NCBI GenBank assembly: GCA_030640625.1
Contig: DAOWJB010000076.1
Span: 1-48,785 of the forward strand
Source: Bacteroides sp.
GTDB lineage: Bacteria > Bacteroidota > Bacteroidia > Bacteroidales > SM23-62
Length of the DNA: 48,785 bases
Direction of reading: 5' to 3'
Positions 38,209-47,244 of the stretch are shown piece by piece. Position 1 is the first letter of the stretch. Each line of letters begins with the position of its first letter. The position numbers and the translations under genes are program-made. The notes under the pieces were generated by a model. That model ran no database searches. It saw only the letters and a list, made by a program, of their open reading frames with translations, and was not told where the DNA came from.

Positions 38209-39546
38209 CTAGATGATGCCCTGATCAAGCATGGCATTGGCCACCTTCATAAAGCCGGCAATATTGGCTCCATTTACATAGTTTATATAGCCATCGGGTT
38301 CTGTCCCATGTTCCACGCAGGCGACATGGATATTGGTCATGATCTCATGAAGTCGTCTGTCAACCTCTTCCCGTTGCCAGTTCAGTTTCATGCTGTTCTG
38401 TGACATTTCGAGGCCGGATGTGGCAACACCACCTGCATTGGCAGCTTTACCGGGAGCATACAGGATCTTGTTCTCCTGGAGTAATTCGATGGCTTCCGGT
38501 ATACAGGGCATATTGGCTCCTTCACAAACACAAATACAACCGTTCTTCACCAGGTTTTTAGCATCCTCCTCATTAAGCTCATTTTCCGTTGCGCAGGGCA
38601 TGGCAATATCGCATTTTACTTCCCAGGGATGTTTACCGGGCACGAACTCTGTCCCTTCAAACTCATAAGAATAAGGTTTGACAATATCTTCATTGGAAGC
38701 ACGCAGCTCCAGCATATAGTCTATTTTTTCACCGGATACTCCTTCCTGATCATGTACATAGCCATCCGGACCGGACAGGGTGACTACCTTCCCTCCCAGC
38801 TCGACAACTTTCTGTGCGGCGCCCCATGCTACATTGCCGAATCCGCTGATAGCAACCGTCTTTCCTTCAAATGTTTCCCCTTTTGTGGCAAGCATTTCCT
38901 TGGCGAAATAGACACAACCAAAACCTGTGGCTTCTGGACGGATCAGGCTGCCTCCCCAATTAATGCCTTTACCTGTTAACACACCCGTATTCTCCCTGGC
39001 CAGTTTTCTGTATATTCCATAAAGGAAACCTATTTCACGCGTACCTACACCGATGTCACCCGCCGGTACGTCGGTGGACGGGCCAATCAGTTTCCAGAGT
39101 TCAAGCATAAAGTGCTGGCAAAAACGCATGATCTCGCTGTTCGATTTCCCTTTTGGATTGAAATCAGATCCTCCTTTGGCACCACCCATTGGCAATGAGG
39201 TCAGGCTGTTCTTGAAAATCTGTTCGAATCCCAGGAACTTCAGTATGCTCAGGTTGACACTTGGGTGAAACCGAAGACCACCTTTATATGGCCCGATAAT
39301 ATTATTGAATTGGATCCGGTACCCCAGGTTCACATGTACATTTCCCTGGTCATCTTCCCAGGGTACTTTGAAAATAAGAATCCTGTCTGGCTCTATGAGC
39401 CGGTCGATAATACCGGCTGCCTCGAAATGTGGATTGGCATTGTAAATTTCCTCAATGGATTCCAGGACTTCCCGTACAGCTTGATGATATTCCGGTTCTC
39501 CCGGGTGCTTTTTCTCGAGTTCAACCATTACCCTGTCAACGTTCAT
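38209..39546 (-). CDS. gdhA: Glutamate dehydrogenase (hexameric GdhA family; the SGPDG motif suggests the NAD-preferring Bacteroides GdhB type)
   Basis: GPYKGGLRFH, KNSLT.LPMGGAKGG, DVPAGDIG, RPEATG, GFGNVA, KAANAGGV. Confidence 0.95.
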   Translation of the reverse strand: MNVDRVMVELEKKHPGEPEYHQAVREVLESIEEIYNANPHFEAAGIIDRLIEPDRILIFKVPWEDDQGNVHVNLGYRIQFNNIIGPYKGGLRFHPSVNLSILKFLGFEQIFKNSLTSLPMGGAKGGSDFNPKGKSNSEIMRFCQHFMLELWKLIGPSTDVPAGDIGVGTREIGFLYGIYRKLARENTGVLTGKGINWGGSLIRPEATGFGCVYFAKEMLATKGETFEGKTVAISGFGNVAWGAAQKVVELGGKVVTLSGPDGYVHDQEGVSGEKIDYMLELRASNEDIVKPYSYEFEGTEFVPGKHPWEVKCDIAMPCATENELNEEDAKNLVKNGCICVCEGANMPCIPEAIELLQENKILYAPGKAANAGGVATSGLEMSQNSMKLNWQREEVDRRLHEIMTNIHVACVEHGTEPDGYINYVNGANIAGFMKVANAMLDQGII

Positions 39547-39639
39547 AACTGTTAGATTTGATTTTCATTTAAAAATACATTTATACCTCTTGTCTGGCAA
39601 ATAATATAACATGATATAAAATATTGACTTTTATCAGGT

Positions 39640-42615
39640 TTAGCCGGAAAAGGTATCCTTATAGATAACCCCTTTATTGGATTTGCCATCTACCTCTACC
39701 CTGAGTGGTTTGTTAAACCGGATATGTCTGAAATACTCATTTTCCATGGTTGCGGGGAGCTTATCAAGATATTCAAGGTCAAAGAACCCATCATTAATAA
39801 ATGGATTGATGGTGAAATAACCTACCCTGAATGAAGTGATGTTCTGGAAAAAGTGGGTACCCTGGCTGGGATCGATCCGGTAATTTTCCAATCCGGATTC
39901 GATAATCACCCGTGCAGCTGAAAGCTGGGCCCATTTGGCAGGTATCCCAAGCCAGGGATCAGTCGATCCCCATCTTCCCGGTCCGATCAGGATGTAATTT
40001 TTCCCATCGCGTAAGAACTCTTCATTTTTTGCCTCGATCAGTCCAGCAATTTTACTGTTGTTCGCAGGATCAAATGAAGCTGGTTTTACATATACCAGGT
40101 CCTTGAGATCTTCAAAGGATCCATTCCCCAGAGCCGATTCAGAATATACGATGGTATCTTCCAGATTGACATCATCAAGTTTGAAGCTAATGCTCTGATC
40201 ATTTAAAACAATCGGCCTGATCTGAAGGAAACTGAAAACAGCAGGAAGTCCGGTCGGCATATCCAGATTTATGGCAAATTCTATTTCTATCGGGTTATTC
40301 ATTTCCTTCTGGCCTGTCTGCAGAAGGTCGCTCAGGATTTTTGCCAGTGGAATGGCATTATAATTCAGCAGCTGTGAGAAGGTGACAACCCGCTTTCCGG
40401 GACCATATACACCATCCCTGATCATATGGTTCTCATAATCATAGGTGGATGCGGCATACCTGAAGGAAGCATCTTTCTCTGCATCTTTGAAGGGTATCTT
40501 CAGCAGGTTTGCCCCATCGTCCACAGAAGGAATGAAACTATTGGGATCCAGGTTGACAGCCAGGAATTTTTTCTGGGTATCCTTTAAGACCATATCAGGA
40601 TCTGAAAGTTGAAGTACCTTTTTGGGATATTTGGGTGAGAATCTGAGTCCAACGCCGCCTTCCATCAAATATTTTCCGAGGCCGTAGGCAATTACTGCAA
40701 TACCATCTTCTGGTTTTTCCGGTTCGATAGGATAAAAGTTAATAGACCGGGCAACCCCCGACAGGGAAGGGTAAAATCTGTCTCCATATGCAGATCCGCA
40801 CACCTCCTGCAAAATAATGCCCATTTTTTCCTCGTCTATCACATTGGAAGTGGCAGCCATATAAGATTTACTGCTTTTATAATAGACCGAGGCATACACA
40901 CTTTTTATGGCTGCTGTAAGGATGTTAAGCATATGATCCCTGTCTTCTTTGTCACAAGGGACCATATAGGTGGAATAGATCCCTGCAAAAGGCTGGTAAT
41001 GAGAATCTTCCAGCTTGCTAGAACTCCTCACGGCCACAGGATTCTCGAGGACCTCGACAAATGCCTTCAAATCCTGAATTACCCAGTCCGGCATGGCAGC
41101 ACGGAGGAAATAATCCAGGATCTCCACGTCCTCTTTATCGGACAGGGCCACCCCGAACAGATCATTTTCTACCATAAAATCATCAAAAACATCCGTACTC
41201 AGGACAACCGTTCTGGGTATGGTTATCACAATCCCCGGATATTTATTGAAAAGATGATGTTTTTCAATAATTGAGTTGATAAATGCCAGTCCCCTGGCTT
41301 TACCACCGCTGGATTCTTCTCCTATTCTGCTGAATACCAGGTATTCATTAAATTTATTCCTGTTAAATTTTGCAATGATACCCCGGCCCTTGGCAATCCT
41401 GAAATTGGAGATGGACTCATAGAGGTAGCTCCTCAATTCATCCAAACTTGGAAAATCCTCATTTCTCACGTGTTTAAACAACTGGGCAACCTGAAATAAT
41501 GCCCGGGCATTCAGCCATTTGGAAAAATCATTGCGCCCGGAATGCAATTCTAGCACCTTTTCAGGGATCTTCAGTATCTCTGTCTGCATGGCCTGCAGGT
41601 CCTCGGCCCTGCCAATCTCTTCCATGGTGTCAGGATCACGAAAAACAAAATCTCCAAATCCAAAATTTTCAAGGATGTATTGATTCAGTTCATGCGAGAG
41701 AGACTTTGAATATTTATGCATAAACCCAATGCCCAGGTCTTTAGCCTCCTTTGCCATGGTTTCATCGGATGACTGCAGGAGGAAAGGCATGAACTTATCT
41801 TCCTCTTTGACCAGCCTGCAAAATTCAAGGCCCATTTTTCCCTTCTGCCTACTCCTGGCATTTTTCTTAAAGTTCACATCAGATATGATCCCCAGCATAT
41901 TATACTTGTACTTCTGGAATAGTTTTACAGCGTCATCAAGGGACGTAGCCAATAGAACCTTTGGCCTCCCCCTCATCCGCAACATACGATGATGTTCATT
42001 CAGGGCTTCCTCGCTGAATTCCCTGGATTGTTTCAGGATAATTTTATACAGGTTAGGAAGATAACTTGAAATATACCTGATGGAATCCTCCACCAGCAGA
42101 ATTGTCTGAACACCAACTGCCTCCACATCATGCTCGGCATTCATTTTGTCTTCGATTAGTTTGATGATGGCAAGGAGAAGGTCTGCATTTCCAAGCCATG
42201 AAAAAACATAGTCAATGGCAGAAAGGTCTTCTTTTTGAAGTCGTACAGAAACTTCACGGGAGAAGTGAGTGAGCGTTACGATGGGTATCTCCTCATACTT
42301 GGCCTTGATCTGTTTTGCCAGCTCAAAGGTATCGATGTCCTCAATATTCAGCATTTCAATGATCAGGTCAATTTGCTCCTTTTTCAGGATCTTAAAAGCT
42401 TCCCTGGCAGAATTTGCCAGGATAAATATGGGGGGATAACGCAGGTTCAGGGAAACATATTCATTAAAGATCTGTTCATCAATGCGACCGTCCTCTTCGA
42501 TCATGAATGCATCATAATTGCTGCAGATCAATAATACCTTCCGGATACGTTTTTGCATCAGGAGGTTAAAAGGCGGCTGGCCAAAATCAATGGTGGGAAT
42601 GTTTAATTTATTCAC
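39640..42615 (-). CDS. Receiver-domain + PPDK_N ATP-grasp protein ('PEP synthase-like') lacking the PEP/pyruvate barrel, paralog A
   Basis: Receiver motifs ILLVED, IISDV, QSS and FMHK; GGKARGL, AVRSSS.LED.....FAG.Y.T, IEIEFA, LQIRP; C-terminal GPGRWG...GTHFF. Confidence 0.85.
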   Translation of the reverse strand: MNKLNIPTIDFGQPPFNLLMQKRIRKVLLICSNYDAFMIEEDGRIDEQIFNEYVSLNLRYPPIFILANSAREAFKILKKEQIDLIIEMLNIEDIDTFELAKQIKAKYEEIPIVTLTHFSREVSVRLQKEDLSAIDYVFSWLGNADLLLAIIKLIEDKMNAEHDVEAVGVQTILLVEDSIRYISSYLPNLYKIILKQSREFSEEALNEHHRMLRMRGRPKVLLATSLDDAVKLFQKYKYNMLGIISDVNFKKNARSRQKGKMGLEFCRLVKEEDKFMPFLLQSSDETMAKEAKDLGIGFMHKYSKSLSHELNQYILENFGFGDFVFRDPDTMEEIGRAEDLQAMQTEILKIPEKVLELHSGRNDFSKWLNARALFQVAQLFKHVRNEDFPSLDELRSYLYESISNFRIAKGRGIIAKFNRNKFNEYLVFSRIGEESSGGKARGLAFINSIIEKHHLFNKYPGIVITIPRTVVLSTDVFDDFMVENDLFGVALSDKEDVEILDYFLRAAMPDWVIQDLKAFVEVLENPVAVRSSSKLEDSHYQPFAGIYSTYMVPCDKEDRDHMLNILTAAIKSVYASVYYKSSKSYMAATSNVIDEEKMGIILQEVCGSAYGDRFYPSLSGVARSINFYPIEPEKPEDGIAVIAYGLGKYLMEGGVGLRFSPKYPKKVLQLSDPDMVLKDTQKKFLAVNLDPNSFIPSVDDGANLLKIPFKDAEKDASFRYAASTYDYENHMIRDGVYGPGKRVVTFSQLLNYNAIPLAKILSDLLQTGQKEMNNPIEIEFAINLDMPTGLPAVFSFLQIRPIVLNDQSISFKLDDVNLEDTIVYSESALGNGSFEDLKDLVYVKPASFDPANNSKIAGLIEAKNEEFLRDGKNYILIGPGRWGSTDPWLGIPAKWAQLSAARVIIESGLENYRIDPSQGTHFFQNITSFRVGYFTINPFINDGFFDLEYLDKLPATMENEYFRHIRFNKPLRVEVDGKSNKGVIYKDTFSG

Positions 42616-45600
42616 CAGATATATGGTTATTCCAAGTGATCAGGGAAGTACGCTTCTTCCCATCCATCACTATGGTTAAGGGTTCTTCAAATTCAATATG
42701 GGTTATATATTCCTTGTCACTGATAACTTTTTGCATTTTCAGTTTTTCCCAATCGATATAATCCGTATCAGAATCATGCTTAACGGATAAATATCCGACA
42801 TTCATGGAAGTCAAATTGTGAAAGAAATGGGATCCGAGCGAGGCATCCAGCGGAAATTCAGGCAGGCTTATTTCAACAATTACCCTGGCGTTGGATATCT
42901 GAGGCCAGACCAGCGGGATACCGATAAAACGGTCCCTGGTACCCCAACGACCCGGACCGATCAGGACGTACTTCTTGTCTTTTTTCACCATCTCGGCATT
43001 CAAGGCTTCAATTTCAGGGATAATCTCCTGTGTCCTTGTTTTATTAAATTTCTCAGATTTTATAAATACTACATCCCGGATATCCTCCACTGTCCCATTC
43101 CCCATGCTGCGCTCTGCATACAATAGGATCCTGTCCCTGTCAATAAGCTCCATATTTATCTCAAAATCATCCATGCTTCCTGCCAGCGGCTTGAGTTGCA
43201 GCAGGTAAAAGGAGGCCCGTCCTTGTTCATCCCTGTTGAGATCAACCGCATATTCAATTTCCACGGGAGCACCCAGGGCTTCCTTTACTACATTCAGGAT
43301 CAGTTCGATTGTTTTGGCCATGGGTATGTACTCAAATTTGAGTATGTCTGCAAAATTTATGATACGTGGACCAGAGGCATCGAGTCCAGGTGTAACTTTT
43401 TGATTATCATAATTATATACCGATGCACAATGATTCAGGGTACCATGTCTTTCGGCCTCATTGATCTCCAGCCTGATGAGTCCTGCATCCTGACCCAATC
43501 TCAGTAGTTCCGGGTCTTCCTTTTCCATGTTAATGGCATAAAAAAACACCTGCGAACCCTTTATCTGCTCCTGTGGTGTATAATTCTCCAGATCGGGGTA
43601 TTTGGGAGAGAACCGGTAGGCCTTATAGCCTCCCACTACGTATTGTCCGAGTCCCAATGCAGATACTGCATAGCCGTCTTCCGGCTCCATATGTGCCACC
43701 GGATAAAAGTTATAGGACTGTGCCGTACCACTTATATGCGGATAATAATAACCGTTGAAGGGATTGCCTACTACCTCCTGGATAACGACAGCCATCTTTT
43801 CATCATCGACCCTGAAATTGATGGCTTCAAAATAACTGCGGGCATGGTTGGAAAAAATAGAAGCATATACAAGTTTTATGGCATCTATTGCCTGCTTCAG
43901 CCGGACCTTGAATTCAGCATGATTATTGGGAAGTAAATAGGTGTCGAATACACCGGAGAAAGGATGGGTATTACTGTCCTCCAACAGGCTGGAGGACCTG
44001 ATTGCCAATGGCGTCTTTACATTTTTTACTAGGGTACGCAGTTTTTTTTCCAGACCATAAGATAGATCACCTTCAAGGAACTTTTGCTTGATTTCTTGAT
44101 AGTCAATGCCTGAATGTACCTGGTCATTCAACTTATTTCTTTCCATGAACAGGTCAAACTCGTCTGTACCAATCACAGAGGTAATGGGTGTCCTGATCTG
44201 GATACCGGGAATAATTTCTGAAAAATTCAGGTTGTAGATCAGCGTATTTACGAAAGCCAGTCCCCGTCCCTTCCCTCCAAGAGCGCCAGTACCCATGCTG
44301 ACAATATTTTTTTCATCAAGAATGGCATTCTCTTCAAAATTGATTATCTGCCCTATATTGGCATCATTACGGTGTTTCCCGATGACGTCTTTGAGATAAT
44401 TCCTGAATTCCAACGTGGTTTTGAAATCTGAAACCTGAATTGGATGGATCATTTTGGCGATCTTGATCTCGCCTCTTGCCATCAACCAAAGAGTAAAATG
44501 ATTACGGTTCGCATGATAAACAAGTGACTCCTCGGGAATGGTATCTATGTGATTTTCGAATTCCTTGAGTGTCCTGGCCTCTGCAATGGTTTTACCCGAA
44601 GCATCCTTGTAAACAAAATTCCCGAATCCCAGATGATGTTTTATAAAACTTTCAATATCCTGTATCAGGGTTTCTGAATTTTTATTAATGAATATCGATT
44701 TCAGTTCAAAGGCACGGTGTGAATTCTGGACATCGGAGGACTGGATAACGGTAGGTAATCCCCTTATCTGTTTCCTGATCTGTCGGACCAAGCCAAAACC
44801 TGCTTCCTCATCCATGGCCCCTACCCGGGGGTATTTAACATCCGTGATCAGGCAAAGAAGGTGCTCCTTGTACTGATTAAAGATATCTATAGCCTGTTCA
44901 TATGTAGTGGCCAGCAGGATTTTCGGGCGTGCCCTCATCCGCAATACCTTCAAAAGGTCATCCGAGCTTACATCCTCAATGATCCGCTCGGTATGTTCCA
45001 TCACATTGCTGTATAGCAGCGGCAGGTAGCGTGAATAGTATTTTTCTGAATCTTCGACCAGCAGGATCACTTTCACCATGCCAATATTCGTATCGTTTTC
45101 TACATTAACCTTATCTTCCAGTTGTAAGATCATGGCAGAGAAGATCTTGCTGTCTCCATTCCAAACGAAGATCCTGTCAATAATATCAAGATGATTTGAA
45201 TGCTCCTTAAACCGTGTGATCTCCAGGTTATTATTCAGCAGGACATAGATTGGAATATAAGGGAAATCTTTTTTTACCCTGGTCCCTATCTGAATGTGTG
45301 TATGCCAGTCGCTACTGATCATCAGGATCACCAGGTCGAAATGTTTTGAATTCAATTGTTCAAGTGCTTCCTTATAGGTGGATACCCCGGTGACCCTGGG
45401 CATAGATGTTTGGTTAAGCTGGCGATATTCCCCTAAGATGTATTCGGAGAAATGACCCTCTTTCTCTATAGCATAAGCATCATACAATGTTGCCACCAGC
45501 AGGATCTCCTTTACCCTATAGGGCATCAGGTCATGAAAGATATCCCGGTTTGCATTTTGTTTATTCAGGAATTTCTGGAGAAGCTGCCTGGAACTGAGGG

Positions 45601-46084
45601 TGGGCGTTTGAAATTCAGATTTTTCAGATTTATCCTTGATCTTTTCCTTTGAAAGCTGTAAAATCTCCCTGGCTTCCAGACTGTCAATATAATTCGACAG
45701 GATACTTGCCAGATTAATGATCAGGTCTCTTTCCTCCTTGAGGAAGGGTCCCTCATCAAATTCCTTGAATTTCCGAAGGTAATAGACCTCTATCATACCT
45801 TCTTCCCTATCGACTGTCTGGAAAATCTGCTGCTGACACCATCCGGTCTTCCTGAAATTCTGCGACAGGTATTCCTTCCCTGCATAACGGATCCGGGCCA
45901 CAGTCCGTTCCGGGTATTGCCAGGCCCGAGGCAGGATCTGCACTATCTGCTGAAATGTTTCGCTCAGGGATTTCCCCTCTTTCAGGATCTGGGTGGTACG
46001 GTTTATACAGGCCAGTTCCTTCAGTCGCTCCTTCTTTTCAGCGATGATCCTTTCAACTTCTCTGGGATTGCTGTTTTCAGCCAT
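42608..46084 (-). CDS. Receiver-domain + PPDK_N ATP-grasp protein, paralog B, with an extra N-terminal GAF-like (ERLKEL...FLKEE) module
   Basis: Same motif series (ILLVED, LITDV, GGKGRGL, AIRSSS.LED, VEIEYA, GPGRWG, GSHFF); its stop overlaps the start of paralog A by 8 nt. Confidence 0.85.
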   Translation of the reverse strand: MAENSNPREVERIIAEKKERLKELACINRTTQILKEGKSLSETFQQIVQILPRAWQYPERTVARIRYAGKEYLSQNFRKTGWCQQQIFQTVDREEGMIEVYYLRKFKEFDEGPFLKEERDLIINLASILSNYIDSLEAREILQLSKEKIKDKSEKSEFQTPTLSSRQLLQKFLNKQNANRDIFHDLMPYRVKEILLVATLYDAYAIEKEGHFSEYILGEYRQLNQTSMPRVTGVSTYKEALEQLNSKHFDLVILMISSDWHTHIQIGTRVKKDFPYIPIYVLLNNNLEITRFKEHSNHLDIIDRIFVWNGDSKIFSAMILQLEDKVNVENDTNIGMVKVILLVEDSEKYYSRYLPLLYSNVMEHTERIIEDVSSDDLLKVLRMRARPKILLATTYEQAIDIFNQYKEHLLCLITDVKYPRVGAMDEEAGFGLVRQIRKQIRGLPTVIQSSDVQNSHRAFELKSIFINKNSETLIQDIESFIKHHLGFGNFVYKDASGKTIAEARTLKEFENHIDTIPEESLVYHANRNHFTLWLMARGEIKIAKMIHPIQVSDFKTTLEFRNYLKDVIGKHRNDANIGQIINFEENAILDEKNIVSMGTGALGGKGRGLAFVNTLIYNLNFSEIIPGIQIRTPITSVIGTDEFDLFMERNKLNDQVHSGIDYQEIKQKFLEGDLSYGLEKKLRTLVKNVKTPLAIRSSSLLEDSNTHPFSGVFDTYLLPNNHAEFKVRLKQAIDAIKLVYASIFSNHARSYFEAINFRVDDEKMAVVIQEVVGNPFNGYYYPHISGTAQSYNFYPVAHMEPEDGYAVSALGLGQYVVGGYKAYRFSPKYPDLENYTPQEQIKGSQVFFYAINMEKEDPELLRLGQDAGLIRLEINEAERHGTLNHCASVYNYDNQKVTPGLDASGPRIINFADILKFEYIPMAKTIELILNVVKEALGAPVEIEYAVDLNRDEQGRASFYLLQLKPLAGSMDDFEINMELIDRDRILLYAERSMGNGTVEDIRDVVFIKSEKFNKTRTQEIIPEIEALNAEMVKKDKKYVLIGPGRWGTRDRFIGIPLVWPQISNARVIVEISLPEFPLDASLGSHFFHNLTSMNVGYLSVKHDSDTDYIDWEKLKMQKVISDKEYITHIEFEEPLTIVMDGKKRTSLITWNNHISGE

Positions 46085-46101
46085 TACTCTGCCTGTTTTT
46101 A

Positions 46102-46109
46102 CAAAAATA
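46102..46109 (-). promoter_or_regulatory. -7 box for the paralog B-A unit
   Basis: TATTTTTG on the minus strand, 17 nt before ATG 46084. Confidence 0.5.
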
Positions 46110-46147
46110 CGAAACGATTATCAAATGAGATTGCCGGGTGGGCAGAT

Positions 46148-46193
46148 AAAAAAACCGTAAACCTGATCCTGTTCCCACAAGATCCGTTTACGG
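46148..46193 (-). terminator. Intrinsic terminator after korB
   Basis: Minus strand CCGTAAAC-G-GATC...GATC-AG-GTTTACGG followed by T7. Confidence 0.7.
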
Positions 46194-46215
46194 CATTTGC
46201 GCAAGGCCATAAGTA

Positions 46216-47244
46216 TCATTCAACCTCGAAAGTGTTCCCGGAATGTAGCAAATCATTAACCGTCTTAATCTTAGAATGTTCCTTAGCCGCGGCTATCTGA
46301 CTGGTTAACAGCGATTCATAAACGGTGTTGTCACAGGAGCGGATAACGCCCATTGCCACAGGCAATTCCGGAAGCGCCATGCGGGCAAGCATATAATGAG
46401 TTGTGTCGTCCGGATCTTTATCATCATGGACCAGGATATCTTCCATCTTATATCCGTTTTCTCCTATGGTAACAGCTTTCAAACGGCCATGCTCCATGAC
46501 CAGGCCCTTCTTCCCTTCATTGCCAAAGATCATGGGCTCACCGTGTTTCAGGTATATCTGATGCTCGGCCCGAACCTCTTTGCCTGTGATCTCTTTGTGG
46601 ACCTGGTTGGCGAAAATGATACAATTCTGCAAGACTTCGACTAATGAGGTACCCTTGTTTTCAGCTGCCTTGATAAATACTTCCCTCATCATCTTCGGTT
46701 CCGTATCCACTACCCGGGCAAAAAATGCGCCATTCGCACCCATGGCCAGTTCCCCGGGCATGAAAGGATTTTCAATGGTCCCATCCGGTGATGTTTTGGT
46801 AACGCTTCCCTTGGGTGTGGTTGGTGAATACTGTCCTTTGGTCAGTCCATATATCTTATTATTGAAAAGAAGAATATTCACATTAATATTCCGCCGGAGA
46901 AGATGAATGAAATGATTCCCCCCTATGGCCATCAGATCACCGTCACCGGTAACCACCCAAACACTCAGGTCGGGATTCGCCACCTTTATCCCGGAGGCTA
47001 TGGCGGTTGCCCGTCCGTGCAGGCTGTGAAATCCGTAGGTATTGATGTAATAAGGGAACCTGGAGGAACAACCGATCCCGGAGACAAATACAACATTTTC
47101 CTTTTTAACCCCGGTCTCGGGCAGGGCGCTCTGAACAGTGGATAGTACAGAATGACCGCCGCATCCTGCACACCACTTAACGGGTTGGTCTACCTTAAAA
47201 TCTGCTTTGGTCAGTTCACCAATATTTTTCAGCGCATCACTCAT
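46216..47244 (-). CDS. korB: 2-oxoacid (2-oxoglutarate):ferredoxin oxidoreductase beta subunit
   Basis: WCAGCG, SGIGCSSR, HGRA, TPP motif GDGD...IGGNH, NN.IYGLTKGQ.SPT. Confidence 0.93.
   Translation of the reverse strand: MSDALKNIGELTKADFKVDQPVKWCAGCGGHSVLSTVQSALPETGVKKENVVFVSGIGCSSRFPYYINTYGFHSLHGRATAIASGIKVANPDLSVWVVTGDGDLMAIGGNHFIHLLRRNINVNILLFNNKIYGLTKGQYSPTTPKGSVTKTSPDGTIENPFMPGELAMGANGAFFARVVDTEPKMMREVFIKAAENKGTSLVEVLQNCIIFANQVHKEITGKEVRAEHQIYLKHGEPMIFGNEGKKGLVMEHGRLKAVTIGENGYKMEDILVHDDKDPDDTTHYMLARMALPELPVAMGVIRSCDNTVYESLLTSQIAAAKEHSKIKTVNDLLHSGNTFEVE

Noticed and set aside
39640-46084. Annotation as PEP synthase (ppsA) or pyruvate phosphate dikinase
   Set aside because: Neither protein has the C-terminal PEP/pyruvate-binding barrel, and both carry N-terminal receiver domains instead.
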